Source of the DNA: a virus
Virus record (IMG/VR): IMGVR_UViG_3300021185_002756
Coordinates: 1-64,000 of that record
Reading direction: 5' to 3' (one strand)
Length of the DNA: 64,000 bases
The position numbers were made by a program, and so were the translations under genes. The notes beneath the pieces are model-generated. The model did not search any database. It was not told the DNA's origin and saw only the letters and a program-made list of their open reading frames with translations. This document shows positions 1-7,410 of the stretch, piece after piece (within the stretch, counting starts at the first letter, position 1; each line of letters starts with the position of its first letter).

Positions 1-106
1 GCTTGTAGACTTCGACTTGTGTTACAATTTCTTTTTCAGGCTTCCAAGAGCAACTACTTAACAGTAGCAGACTCAATAGACTTGAAAAAACTATCAATTT
101 TTTCAT
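1..106 (-). CDS. o-spanin (Rz1-like) outer-membrane lipoprotein, 3' end outside window
   Basis: Not in ORF track. ATG at 106 reads MKKLIVFSSLLSLLLLSSC-SWKPEKEIVTQVEVYK: basic N-terminus, hydrophobic stretch, lipobox LSSC. Overlaps the 3' end of the i-spanin in another frame. Confidence 0.75.
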   Translation of the reverse strand, partial: MKKLIVFSSLLSLLLLSSCSWKPEKEIVTQVEVYK

Positions 107-431
107 TTATTCTCTTTTCAGATGCTAATGGATCTGCTAAACTGTTTTTAACTAGATCAGTTTTTGCCAACAGGTCCTTGATTACTGTGTTTGCTTCACG
201 TGCTTTTTTTAAGTTGTCTGTGAGTTCTTGAGATAACTTTGCTTGTTTCACTGCATTCTCATTCATTGCAGTGATCTTTGCTGATAAACTTTTATTACTA
301 GATTCTAAGTTAGCATTATTAGTTCGCAGTGTTGCTATACGTGCTTGCGTATCCTTATAATAAAGATACACTCCGTATCCGCAACCTGTAAGTATTGCAA
401 GTATTATTAATAATGCGTATATTCTAGCCAT
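54..431 (-). CDS. i-spanin (Rz-like): N-terminal TM plus coiled coil
   Basis: One N-terminal hydrophobic helix, then a long amphipathic helix; lies between lysozyme and a lipoprotein gene. Confidence 0.65.
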   Translation of the reverse strand: MARIYALLIILAILTGCGYGVYLYYKDTQARIATLRTNNANLESSNKSLSAKITAMNENAVKQAKLSQELTDNLKKAREANTVIKDLLAKTDLVKNSLADPLASEKRINEKIDSFFKSIESATVK

Positions 432-883
432 TAGTCGTCTATCTGTACTGCTCTCATACGTGCTACCAGTCTGTCTGCACGTTTTGTTACTTGTTTGTAC
501 CAGTTTGAATCAACCATTTCATCTGCAGCTGAGTTCCAATCTTTGGCATCTACTCCACGTTTCATTCCTTTAAACTTGCTTAGTCTCGGTCGGCCCATAT
601 TGAACATCATGTTAGCAATTATCAGTTGGACTTCTTCTGGGAGGTCATCAAAGTCAGGATATAGTCGCTCGCAGTCGGCAAGGACGGTTTGGACGTCACT
701 GTCAAAGGCTGAATTGCATCTATCTTCTGAGACAGGCGTTCCAACCGGTTGTCCATGTTCTGGATCACTATCAATAACCAAATGACCAATACCAAAAGTA
801 GGCAAGCCGAGATGGTCGAGGTATATTTCATTAACTGAGCCTTCGTCATATGCAATCTCTTCTCTAAGTTTATCAATGTCCAT
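431..883 (-). CDS. phage lysozyme (GH24, T4-lysozyme-like endolysin)
   Basis: DEG..IYLDHLGLPTFGIGHL (E-x8-D-x5-T catalytic triad), NMMFNMG, DSNWYKQV..RA. Confidence 0.9.
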   Translation of the reverse strand: MDIDKLREEIAYDEGSVNEIYLDHLGLPTFGIGHLVIDSDPEHGQPVGTPVSEDRCNSAFDSDVQTVLADCERLYPDFDDLPEEVQLIIANMMFNMGRPRLSKFKGMKRGVDAKDWNSAADEMVDSNWYKQVTKRADRLVARMRAVQIDD

Positions 884-1565
884 AGTTCTTTCCTTCTGTT
901 GTAACCATATTTATGTACTTTGCGGCCTCTGCATGTGCTTTTTCCAGTGGATGTCCTTGTGCTCCTATTTCATATTTTTTGTGTTTACTCCAACTGAGAA
1001 AGTCTAATTTTTCAAATGTAGTAATATGCGGACTTACTTGTTCATGTAACTTTCCTATTGCATCATTCCATTTGGAGTTAGCAAAATTTAACATTTTATC
1101 AACATTATTTGAATATTTTGAATCTAAACATGTCATTATGAAATCTATATTGTTTTGTTTCAGTAAGGAAATTGCACTGTGCATATGTTGTAAGTTACGA
1201 TAAGTGTTCCAAACTTCACTATCAATGTGTTTGAAAAAATAATGACTTAATTTATGATCGTGACGTGGATGAACTGTTTTCCATCTATCAGAATCAATAT
1301 CAACATAATCAAATCTTTCAAAGTATGTCCAGTTTACGATAAAAAGCGTTTCTGGACGTAACCTATTTGCTATTTGCCAGCCAATATATTGGTTACCCAC
1401 TCCTCCAAGTGCGAAGCAGTGATATTTGCAACCGACTGTGCGTGAAAGTATAGACGGCCATGTTTGTGTACTATGAGCAAAGTCATCAGTGTGGTCAGGA
1501 CAATCAGTCAGCTCGTCGCCTCTGGTGAAACTATCGCCAAAAGCGATAATATTTTTATAGGACAT
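873..1565 (-). CDS. SGNH/GDSL-hydrolase-like protein
   Basis: AFGDSFTRG block I, GVGN, C-terminal HPLEKAH; paralog of 24050..24733. Confidence 0.6.
   Translation of the reverse strand: MSYKNIIAFGDSFTRGDELTDCPDHTDDFAHSTQTWPSILSRTVGCKYHCFALGGVGNQYIGWQIANRLRPETLFIVNWTYFERFDYVDIDSDRWKTVHPRHDHKLSHYFFKHIDSEVWNTYRNLQHMHSAISLLKQNNIDFIMTCLDSKYSNNVDKMLNFANSKWNDAIGKLHEQVSPHITTFEKLDFLSWSKHKKYEIGAQGHPLEKAHAEAAKYINMVTTEGKNYGH
908..913 (-). promoter_or_regulatory. late-type promoter TAAATA (representative of a family)
   Basis: TAAATA lies 20-70 nt upstream of genes, mostly structural/lysis. Minus strand: 908, 2704, 4575, 13015, 15758, 21956, 22457, 51231, 63812. Plus strand: 2794, 51277, 53416, and 6110 and 49928 ahead of structured leaders. 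Resembles the T4 gp55 late consensus TATAAATA. Confidence 0.65.
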
Positions 1566-2114
1566 TTAGATTCCCGCGTTTAACAAAAACTTTTCTAAGG
1601 CTCTGTCTTTTTTGCCTTTGTTGTATATAGTCTTGTATGGAATCCCAGCGGCAGTTCTCATCTCGTTTAGTTCAAACTGTTCACGTTCTCTGTATGTCTT
1701 GGGTGAAGTAGGTACTATCATGTTGAACTGTTCCACAGTAAAAGGCATTTCTTTGCCTCTGTAGCCCATGGTCCAGCCGTCACCTTCGTACTCTGTTAGT
1801 GTGTTAAAATCATCTAGCAAGGTGGCTAAGTTGTCAGCAGTGTAGTTTCTACGTTTAAGTTCGATATATACCAGGAATCTATTTGGCTTTACTTCACCTG
1901 GGCTCATATCAGCATCTAGTACAAAGTCATAGCCTTTTTCGAACCAGTTGACCAAGTCTACTGCGGCTTGTCTGTCACGGACATAAAAACTTGCAACAAC
2001 TATCTCGTCGTCATCGCCCATCTTACTTGAAAAGTCATCAACATACATTGTGCTTTTCATCATACCTGCTAGGTCTTTGTAACCTAAACCTTCTGTTAAA
2101 TTAAACTTGGACAT
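1566..2114 (-). CDS. conserved jumbo-phage hypothetical protein
   Basis: Long ORF; likely start MSKFNLTEG, coupled to the upstream gene. Confidence 0.6.
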   Translation of the reverse strand: MSKFNLTEGLGYKDLAGMMKSTMYVDDFSSKMGDDDEIVVASFYVRDRQAAVDLVNWFEKGYDFVLDADMSPGEVKPNRFLVYIELKRRNYTADNLATLLDDFNTLTEYEGDGWTMGYRGKEMPFTVEQFNMIVPTSPKTYREREQFELNEMRTAAGIPYKTIYNKGKKDRALEKFLLNAGI

Positions 2115-2676
2115 CGATATTAGCATCCATTTCTTGTTGTGCGTCTGCATCCATAACCTGTTGCTGATCTAAGTCTGCATTGTATGCGTCATCAAGATCC
2201 TGCAGATCAACTGTTTCATCTTCAAGTTCGATTGCCCCAGTTCTTATGTCTTGCATAAGACTTTTTGGCATAATAATTTCTACCAACCAAATTGGCTTTT
2301 CAATCAGTCTAGCAACCTTTGTGCCTGCCTTAAAGTCGCTTGGTGATTTAACTTTCACTGGAACTTTCATTTTGGTTTTCTTCCATTTAACTTCACAATC
2401 AAATGGCAATAAACGCATTGCTCCTCTTGGGTCCGGCATAAGTTGTTCTGGCCATAGAAATGTACATGAAGTTTTGTATGGACCTTGTTCAGGACCAGCA
2501 ACAAGCTCTCCTAGTTCCCAATTGCGAAATGCAAATATATCCAGCTCGTTCATCACACGTTCAAAGTCTAATAGTATTTTCATACTACCATCACTCATGT
2601 AGATGCCCTTGATGTTATCTGCTACCATCCAATAGTCGGAACCGTCTTTGAAAAATTTATTATCGTCGAGTGACAT
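2101..2676 (-). CDS. conserved jumbo-phage hypothetical protein (acidic C-terminus)
   Basis: 191-aa ORF downstream of TAAATA at 2704. Confidence 0.6.
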   Translation of the reverse strand: MSLDDNKFFKDGSDYWMVADNIKGIYMSDGSMKILLDFERVMNELDIFAFRNWELGELVAGPEQGPYKTSCTFLWPEQLMPDPRGAMRLLPFDCEVKWKKTKMKVPVKVKSPSDFKAGTKVARLIEKPIWLVEIIMPKSLMQDIRTGAIELEDETVDLQDLDDAYNADLDQQQVMDADAQQEMDANIDVQV

Positions 2677-2840
2677 CTGTGGCCTTTTGTTTTACGTTAA
2701 CAGTATTTAGCCCAATTTGTCTTTGTGGCCACTAATATATTTAGCGGTGCATATCAAAACTTTACACATGTTATTTCTTATTTGTTTTTGTTTTAAATAT
2801 TATTGTGGGTAGCGAACAACACTTAACCTTAGGAGATACA

Positions 2841-3563
2841 ATGTCTCGAGCGAAACGCAAAGCAAAATATCAAAGACAACTACAACAAGACAACACAATA
2901 AATTTTAACCAAGCACTAAAACGCAAACACATTGAACTTCGTCCGAAGTCAATCAATCAAGAAAACCTTATAACCAGCCTACTAGATCCACAAACCAACA
3001 TCACTGTGGCGACTGGACCTGCGGGCACGGGTAAAACTTATCTTGCAATGTTAGCGGCTATAAAAGCATTTAGAGATGGTGCATGTGAACGTATTGTATT
3101 GACTCGCCCAGCAGTGGGTGTCGATGATGAAAAGCATGGCTTTCTGCCTGGTGACTTGAATAGTAAAATGGAGCCGTGGACCAGACCTTTGTTTGATGTA
3201 CTGCGAGAATTCTACACTAAAAAAGAAATAGCACGTATGTTAGATGAACAAACTATTGAAATATCACCATTGGCTTTCATGAGAGGAAGAACATTCAAGG
3301 ATGCCTGGATTATAGCAGATGAAATGCAAAATGCAACACCTAGTCAAATGAAAATGCTAATGACACGCATAGGCGAGAACAGCAAAATAGTAATCACAGG
3401 AGATGTTGAACAAACGGATAGAACCGTACATAACAACGGACTGATAGACTTATGTAAACGATTAGAAACACGTCGTGATGGACTAAGTGTATGCTATATG
3501 AACAATAGAGATATCCAAAGACATCCTATCATTGACACAGTATTGGAGATCTACGCAACTTAA
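2841..3563 (+). CDS. phoH: PhoH family ATPase
   Basis: GPAGTGKT Walker A, LTRPAV, GFLPG, LAFMRGRTF, DEMQN, GDVEQTD, RHP; RBS AGGAG at 2831 favours the ATG at 2841. Confidence 0.95.
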   Translation: MSRAKRKAKYQRQLQQDNTINFNQALKRKHIELRPKSINQENLITSLLDPQTNITVATGPAGTGKTYLAMLAAIKAFRDGACERIVLTRPAVGVDDEKHGFLPGDLNSKMEPWTRPLFDVLREFYTKKEIARMLDEQTIEISPLAFMRGRTFKDAWIIADEMQNATPSQMKMLMTRIGENSKIVITGDVEQTDRTVHNNGLIDLCKRLETRRDGLSVCYMNNRDIQRHPIIDTVLEIYAT

Positions 3564-3567
3564 AAAT

Positions 3568-3670
3568 TGGCTCTGGGGGTAGGAGTCGAACCTACAAGGT
3601 TAAATATATTGCAGTACATTCAACCACACGGTTAACAGCCGTGCGTGTTTACCAATTTCACCACCCCAGA
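3568..3670 (-). tRNA. tRNA-Asn(GUU) with unusually long (31-nt) class-II variable arm, CCA encoded
   Basis: Acceptor TCTGGGG/CCCCAGA, G73, CCA; D-arm GTG-AAATTGGTAAA-CAC; anticodon arm CACGG-CTGTTAA-CCGTG; variable region T-GGTTGAATGTA-CTGCAA-TATATTTAACC-TT; T-arm GTAGG-TTCGACT-CCTAC. Confidence 0.9.
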
Positions 3671-3676
3671 TTATTC

Positions 3677-4507
3677 TTATACCTTGTTGATTTTTTCTAG
3701 TGCAGGGATCATACGTGTAACACCTATGCCTCCGCCTACTCTTTGAAAGAAGTCAAACTCTAAAAACTTTTCTAGTTCTGCTTCAACTCTTTCCTTACCA
3801 AACAGTTTGAATAGTAACTCTGCATACTCTCCGCCTACAATACTATGGAATGTATCTCTCATCATATCAACATCACATGAACGTTCTGCTGATCCAATAG
3901 TTTCCATACCACCTAGTATAACATCCATCTTCTTTGCAGTATTGCCATCATCATTTCTAGCCATGTTCCAAAATGGGCTTGTTAGTTCGGGGAAGTTTGT
4001 AATAAGTGTTTGACCAAACTGTTCTTCCATCTTTAGTTCGTGTTCTGCTTCCATTTCTACGTCAGTACCGAGTCCAAAGTGTTGTTGCCATTCAGCATAG
4101 GTCTTTTCTGTAATGTTGCCAAAGCCTAAGTATTCACATAGTTCATACTCCATTGCTTTTAGATCATCTACATTACCTGGCATTTCAAATTCAAACATTG
4201 GAAATATTATATCGTGTCTACCTGGAATTGCATTTGGTTCCTGTCTGTAGGAAGTTGAGACACAAAAAAAGCCCTTTGCTGAGGGCTGACTTAGTAATTC
4301 ATGTTCTAACCACATCTGGCCTGTTTGTGGTAGTGGCCAAACATTGCCTGCATAGTTGTAAGTTGCTACATTGAATGGATCTTCGCATGCGGCTAGTATT
4401 GATAATCTGTTTTGTGTGTGTACTTCAAGAAATCCTTTTTCCAAAAAAAATGACCTTAAAAGGCCAACTGTCTCTGTGAATTTACTTGGGTCTATTAGTT
4501 GCGTCAT
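3677..4507 (-). CDS. class II aaRS catalytic core (AsnRS/AspRS paralog, archaeal AsnA-like) lacking the anticodon-binding domain
   Basis: Motif 1 RSFFLEKGFLEVHT starts at residue 18; LPQTGQMWLE; motif 2 SYRQE..RH..FPMFEFE; MDVILGGMETIGSAER; motif 3 GGGIGVTRM. Only 276 aa, no room for an OB-fold. Confidence 0.85.
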   Translation of the reverse strand: MTQLIDPSKFTETVGLLRSFFLEKGFLEVHTQNRLSILAACEDPFNVATYNYAGNVWPLPQTGQMWLEHELLSQPSAKGFFCVSTSYRQEPNAIPGRHDIIFPMFEFEMPGNVDDLKAMEYELCEYLGFGNITEKTYAEWQQHFGLGTDVEMEAEHELKMEEQFGQTLITNFPELTSPFWNMARNDDGNTAKKMDVILGGMETIGSAERSCDVDMMRDTFHSIVGGEYAELLFKLFGKERVEAELEKFLEFDFFQRVGGGIGVTRMIPALEKINKV

Positions 4508-4522
4508 TGCTTTTCCTTTTTT

Positions 4523-4552
4523 TGCCTAAAAAAAATTTGCCCAAAAAAAATT
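4523..4552. repeat. 15-nt tandem repeat in the 5' leader of the aaRS-like gene
   Basis: TGCCTAAAAAAAATT followed by TGCCCAAAAAAAATT. Confidence 0.8.
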
Positions 4553-4580
4553 GGACGTTACTTGTTCATCGAGTTATTTA

Positions 4581-4664
4581 TTATAGTTTGCCTTTTCCTG
4601 ACAAATACTGTACAGTTGGCTGTGGCTTGAACCATCTTTGTAATAGTTTCTCTAACCAATTCAT
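4581..4664 (-). CDS. 27-aa small protein
   Basis: MNWLEKLLQRWFKPQPTVQYLSGKGKL, preceded by RBS AGGAGAG. Confidence 0.5.
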   Translation of the reverse strand: MNWLEKLLQRWFKPQPTVQYLSGKGKL

Positions 4665-4675
4665 ATCTTACTCTC

Positions 4676-5143
4676 CTAAAACTTATTCAAAAATCTTGCT
4701 ATGTGGTGCACCCATGGCAACAACATTATAGCCATAAACATGTTGGCACCTGTGTGTGCTATTGCTATCCTAAGTGTATCGCCTTTGGGCATACCATCGC
4801 TCACAAAAAAACCGGCTAACCAAATGGTGCCGGTGGTTCCGATGTTTGCGCCTAACACTGCCGCTATGGCTGCGGGCAGAGGCAATGCCCCTGAGGCTAC
4901 CAGTGCAATTATTGCCGTTGTACTTAAACTTGAACTTTGCCAAAGCAGTGTCATTACAATACCACCAAGGAACATATAGATTGGATTGCCCAAAAAGAAG
5001 TTCAAATGTTCCAAGTTACCCATTGACTTCATGCCACCTGAGAACATCTTCAGCCCTATATAAAATACTACCAGTCCAACAAGAGCCGTCATTATGGGAT
5101 TGCCTAAGTCCATCCTACACACCTTTTTAATAAGTTTGTTCAT
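4676..5143 (-). CDS. Na+/phosphate cotransporter family protein (single repeat)
   Basis: GLKMFSGGMK, WQSSSLST and GANIGTTGT signatures of the NptA/SLC34 repeat. Confidence 0.85.
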   Translation of the reverse strand: MNKLIKKVCRMDLGNPIMTALVGLVVFYIGLKMFSGGMKSMGNLEHLNFFLGNPIYMFLGGIVMTLLWQSSSLSTTAIIALVASGALPLPAAIAAVLGANIGTTGTIWLAGFFVSDGMPKGDTLRIAIAHTGANMFMAIMLLPWVHHIARFLNKF

Positions 5144-5182
5144 TTATAGTTCCTTTTACAAACTTTATTTAAGCCTATAAAT

Positions 5183-5200
5183 GTTACAGTTTTATTACAT
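5183..5200 (-). promoter_or_regulatory. Pho box (PhoB-binding direct repeat)
   Basis: ATGTAAT-AAAA-CTGTAAC versus consensus CTGTCAT-A(A/T)A(T/A)-CTGTCA(C/T); about 40 nt upstream of the Na/Pi transporter, with TTAAAT 10 nt downstream. Confidence 0.65.
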
Positions 5201-5791
5201 TTGGGTAATTTGCTTATAAACTTCCAACCAATTTTTACATATTGGATAATCAACATCTGCATTCATGTTGTGTCCATGTTCAATCAGTATAGGCTTTAGA
5301 CCAAATCTCAAACCAGCAGTTGCATTTTCAACTTTGTCCTCTAACCAGTAACAGTTTGAACCTGCATACTTGCTCAGTGCTTCATCTTTGTCTGCACCTG
5401 TGTCTAAACATACCAGTTTAGTAAAAGCAGTTTTACCAAACATTTTTTGTAGATTCATTTCACGCAGTTTGTATGCATTTTCATCGAGACTTAAACTTGT
5501 TATGCATATAAATGTATAACCATGTTGTTCATGTAGTCTTTTGACCCAGTACATTGCATCTCTCAGTACTGGTAGAAATCCTATTGCGGCACTTTCATTA
5601 AAGGTCTTAACAAGTTTTTTTACTTGCTCTTTTGGAATACCATAACGTTCAGCCATATCATATTTGAACTGGTATCCTTCTGTAGTTTCAAATCCATGTT
5701 GTATCATCCAACAATTGAATGCCCACTCCCAATCTAGTAGTACACCATCGCAGTCTGTAAGTATTGTTTTTTCGTATTTGTTATATTTCAT
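5195..5791 (-). CDS. HAD-superfamily 5'(3')-nucleotidase-like protein
   Basis: TDCDGVLLDW motif I, ITS motif II, K, WLEDKVEN motif IV. Confidence 0.8.
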   Translation of the reverse strand: MKYNKYEKTILTDCDGVLLDWEWAFNCWMIQHGFETTEGYQFKYDMAERYGIPKEQVKKLVKTFNESAAIGFLPVLRDAMYWVKRLHEQHGYTFICITSLSLDENAYKLREMNLQKMFGKTAFTKLVCLDTGADKDEALSKYAGSNCYWLEDKVENATAGLRFGLKPILIEHGHNMNADVDYPICKNWLEVYKQITQM

Positions 5792-5809
5792 TTACATCTT
5801 TCTTTCTAT

Positions 5810-6022
5810 CTATATTGTCATCGGCAACTTTGGATACGGTGTTGCTATACCGTTTTGGTTGTCTAAGTACGTGCATATAAACTCTAGCATTACTGATTCA
5901 TGCATGGTCAAATAATAATCCAATGCTTCAAAACCAATTGCATCTTCGTAAACAAAATCATGTATGTAGTTTTTGCTAACGTAATCTTCTATTGCTAATC
6001 TTTCAGTTGCTATTGTAAACAT
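5810..6022 (-). CDS. hypothetical early protein
   Basis: MFTIATE start behind RBS AGGA and an early promoter. Confidence 0.5.
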   Translation of the reverse strand: MFTIATERLAIEDYVSKNYIHDFVYEDAIGFEALDYYLTMHESVMLEFICTYLDNQNGIATPYPKLPMTI

Positions 6023-6049
6023 GTGTTTCCTTTTTCTTATTATGCTGTT

Positions 6050-6084
6050 ATAATAACACACTTTAAGAATAAGTCAACCTTTTT
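6050..6084 (-). promoter_or_regulatory. early sigma70-type promoter
   Basis: AAAAAGG-TTGACT-N16-TATTAT. Confidence 0.75.
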
Positions 6085-6120
6085 CTACGATTTGGCATAA
6101 CTATCATGCTAAATAAACAT

Positions 6121-6166
6121 ACGTTCACCCGAGAGGGCGGAAGTAGGCAATCGCTGAAGGAACGCA
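6121..6166 (+). ncRNA. glutamine riboswitch (glnA RNA motif)
   Basis: CGTTC-A-CCC GAGA GGG-CGGAAGTA-GGC AATC GCT-GAAGGAACGC: P1 CGTTC/GAACG, GNRA-capped P2, CGGAAGTA..GAA E-loop and P3, as in the glnA consensus. Confidence 0.85.
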
Positions 6167-6196
6167 CCTAACCATTTACTTAGGGAGGGTGGCAAA

Positions 6197-6310
6197 ATGA
6201 CTTACAGACCATATCAATGGAAGAAGTTTGCTGACGCACGGAAACGTGCTCTAGTTCATAAAATACTGAACTATCGCAAATCGTCTTGCATATGCAAAAA
6301 AGCTAGTTAA
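6197..6310 (+). CDS. 37-aa basic peptide downstream of glutamine riboswitch
   Basis: Not in ORF track. RBS GGAGG at 6184; MTYRPYQWKKFADARKRALVHKILNYRKSSCICKKAS. Confidence 0.7.
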   Translation: MTYRPYQWKKFADARKRALVHKILNYRKSSCICKKAS

Positions 6311-6458
6311 CTTCGACGACCTTATGGAAGGGGAATACTCGAGGTTTGGTGTTTTTAATCATTTCCATGTATTCCTCTGCCTCTTTTCTAGTTTCTAATT
6401 TTGCAATTGTTACTGGATCTTCGACACGTGGTTCGTACACAATATTAAATGTCTTCAT
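6303..6458 (-). CDS. 51-aa hypothetical protein
   Basis: MKTFNIVYEPRVEDPVTIAKLETRKEAEEYMEMIKNTKPRVFPFHKVVEVN, coupled to 6445..6687. Confidence 0.55.
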   Translation of the reverse strand: MKTFNIVYEPRVEDPVTIAKLETRKEAEEYMEMIKNTKPRVFPFHKVVEVN

Positions 6459-6687
6459 TGTTCATTTCCCAAACATTATACACATCTGAGAATCCCATAT
6501 TCATTGGCGAATATTCACCAACATTTTCTTCTTGCCATGCATGTATATCAACCCATTGTTCTGCAGTCAGTTCGTCAATATCTTCAATTTCATAATGATT
6601 GCATATTGCAGTTTCAACACAACTATATGCTTCTCTTTCAATATGCTCTTCGTCTTTGTACATTCTTGCCCAGTCAAATTTAGTCAT
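6445..6687 (-). CDS. hypothetical acidic protein
   Basis: RBS AGGAGG; part of an operon. Confidence 0.6.
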   Translation of the reverse strand: MTKFDWARMYKDEEHIEREAYSCVETAICNHYEIEDIDELTAEQWVDIHAWQEENVGEYSPMNMGFSDVYNVWEMNNEDI

Positions 6688-6868
6688 TGTTAGCCTCCTT
6701 TAATATTTGTTTACGTCCTTCTACACCAATCTGTGAGTCCATCATTGTTTTAACATGTTGTAACATAGCACATGCCATCATCAGTATATCTTCTTTGCTA
6801 TCACACATTAGTATTTGTTGTTCTATAGGCCGGCACAGTTCCCTCATTCGCTCTTGAACTTCTGTCAT
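6680..6868 (-). CDS. hypothetical protein
   Basis: RBS GAGGAG; overlapping start/stop with neighbours. Confidence 0.55.
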   Translation of the reverse strand: MTEVQERMRELCRPIEQQILMCDSKEDILMMACAMLQHVKTMMDSQIGVEGRKQILKEANND

Positions 6869-7410
6869 TTTGTTATCTCCTCTTGAGTTATGTGTAATTC
6901 CTGTTTCATATCATCTGAGTTAAGATACGTTAAGTTAATAATACTCGCAAAACCAACTACCCTTGCTTCTGCTTGTTCTACTAAACGTTTTGTTGCTAAC
7001 ATACTTCCGCCAGTTGCAACTAAATCATCAACAATAAGAACTCTATTTGCATGTCCTAGTAAGCCTTCTTGTAGCACCAGTGTGTCTTCACTGTATTCTG
7101 TGCCATAACTTTCTTCTAACAAACTACCGGGATACTTTGAACCTTTTTTACGTACCATTATAAACGGCACACCAATAACACTTGCTAACACTGCACCAAC
7201 TGCAAAGCCTCTGCTTTCAATCCCAACAATGTGTGTTATCTCACTGTTTGTGTTGAACAGTCTTTGTATTTCTACTGCCAGTTCAGCGGCAACTTGATTC
7301 CACACAGGTTGTGCAAACAAACTGTTAACATCATAAAAGTTTACACCCTCAACCGGATAGTCCATCACAGTCCTCATGTAGTCTGTTGGCTTAGTTTTTT
7401 CTAAAGACAT
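6865..7410 (-). CDS. apt: adenine phosphoribosyltransferase
   Basis: DYPVEGVNFYD, GIESRGF, VRKKG, YGTEY, PRPP motif VLIVDDLVATGGS. Confidence 0.9.
   Translation of the reverse strand: MSLEKTKPTDYMRTVMDYPVEGVNFYDVNSLFAQPVWNQVAAELAVEIQRLFNTNSEITHIVGIESRGFAVGAVLASVIGVPFIMVRKKGSKYPGSLLEESYGTEYSEDTLVLQEGLLGHANRVLIVDDLVATGGSMLATKRLVEQAEARVVGFASIINLTYLNSDDMKQELHITQEEITK

Noticed and set aside
2745-2800. Pho box upstream of phoH
   Set aside because: No convincing 11-nt-period direct repeat; only TAAATA elements are seen.
3596-3626. tRNA extra segment interpreted as an intron, or the gene as tRNA-Sec or tmRNA
   Set aside because: The insert is at the variable-arm position with no bulge-helix-bulge or group I features; the acceptor stem is 7 bp, the anticodon is GUU, and there is no tag ORF.
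6093-6110. Sigma54 promoter TGGCA..TGC
   Set aside because: The GG-to-GC spacing is 12 nt rather than the required 10.
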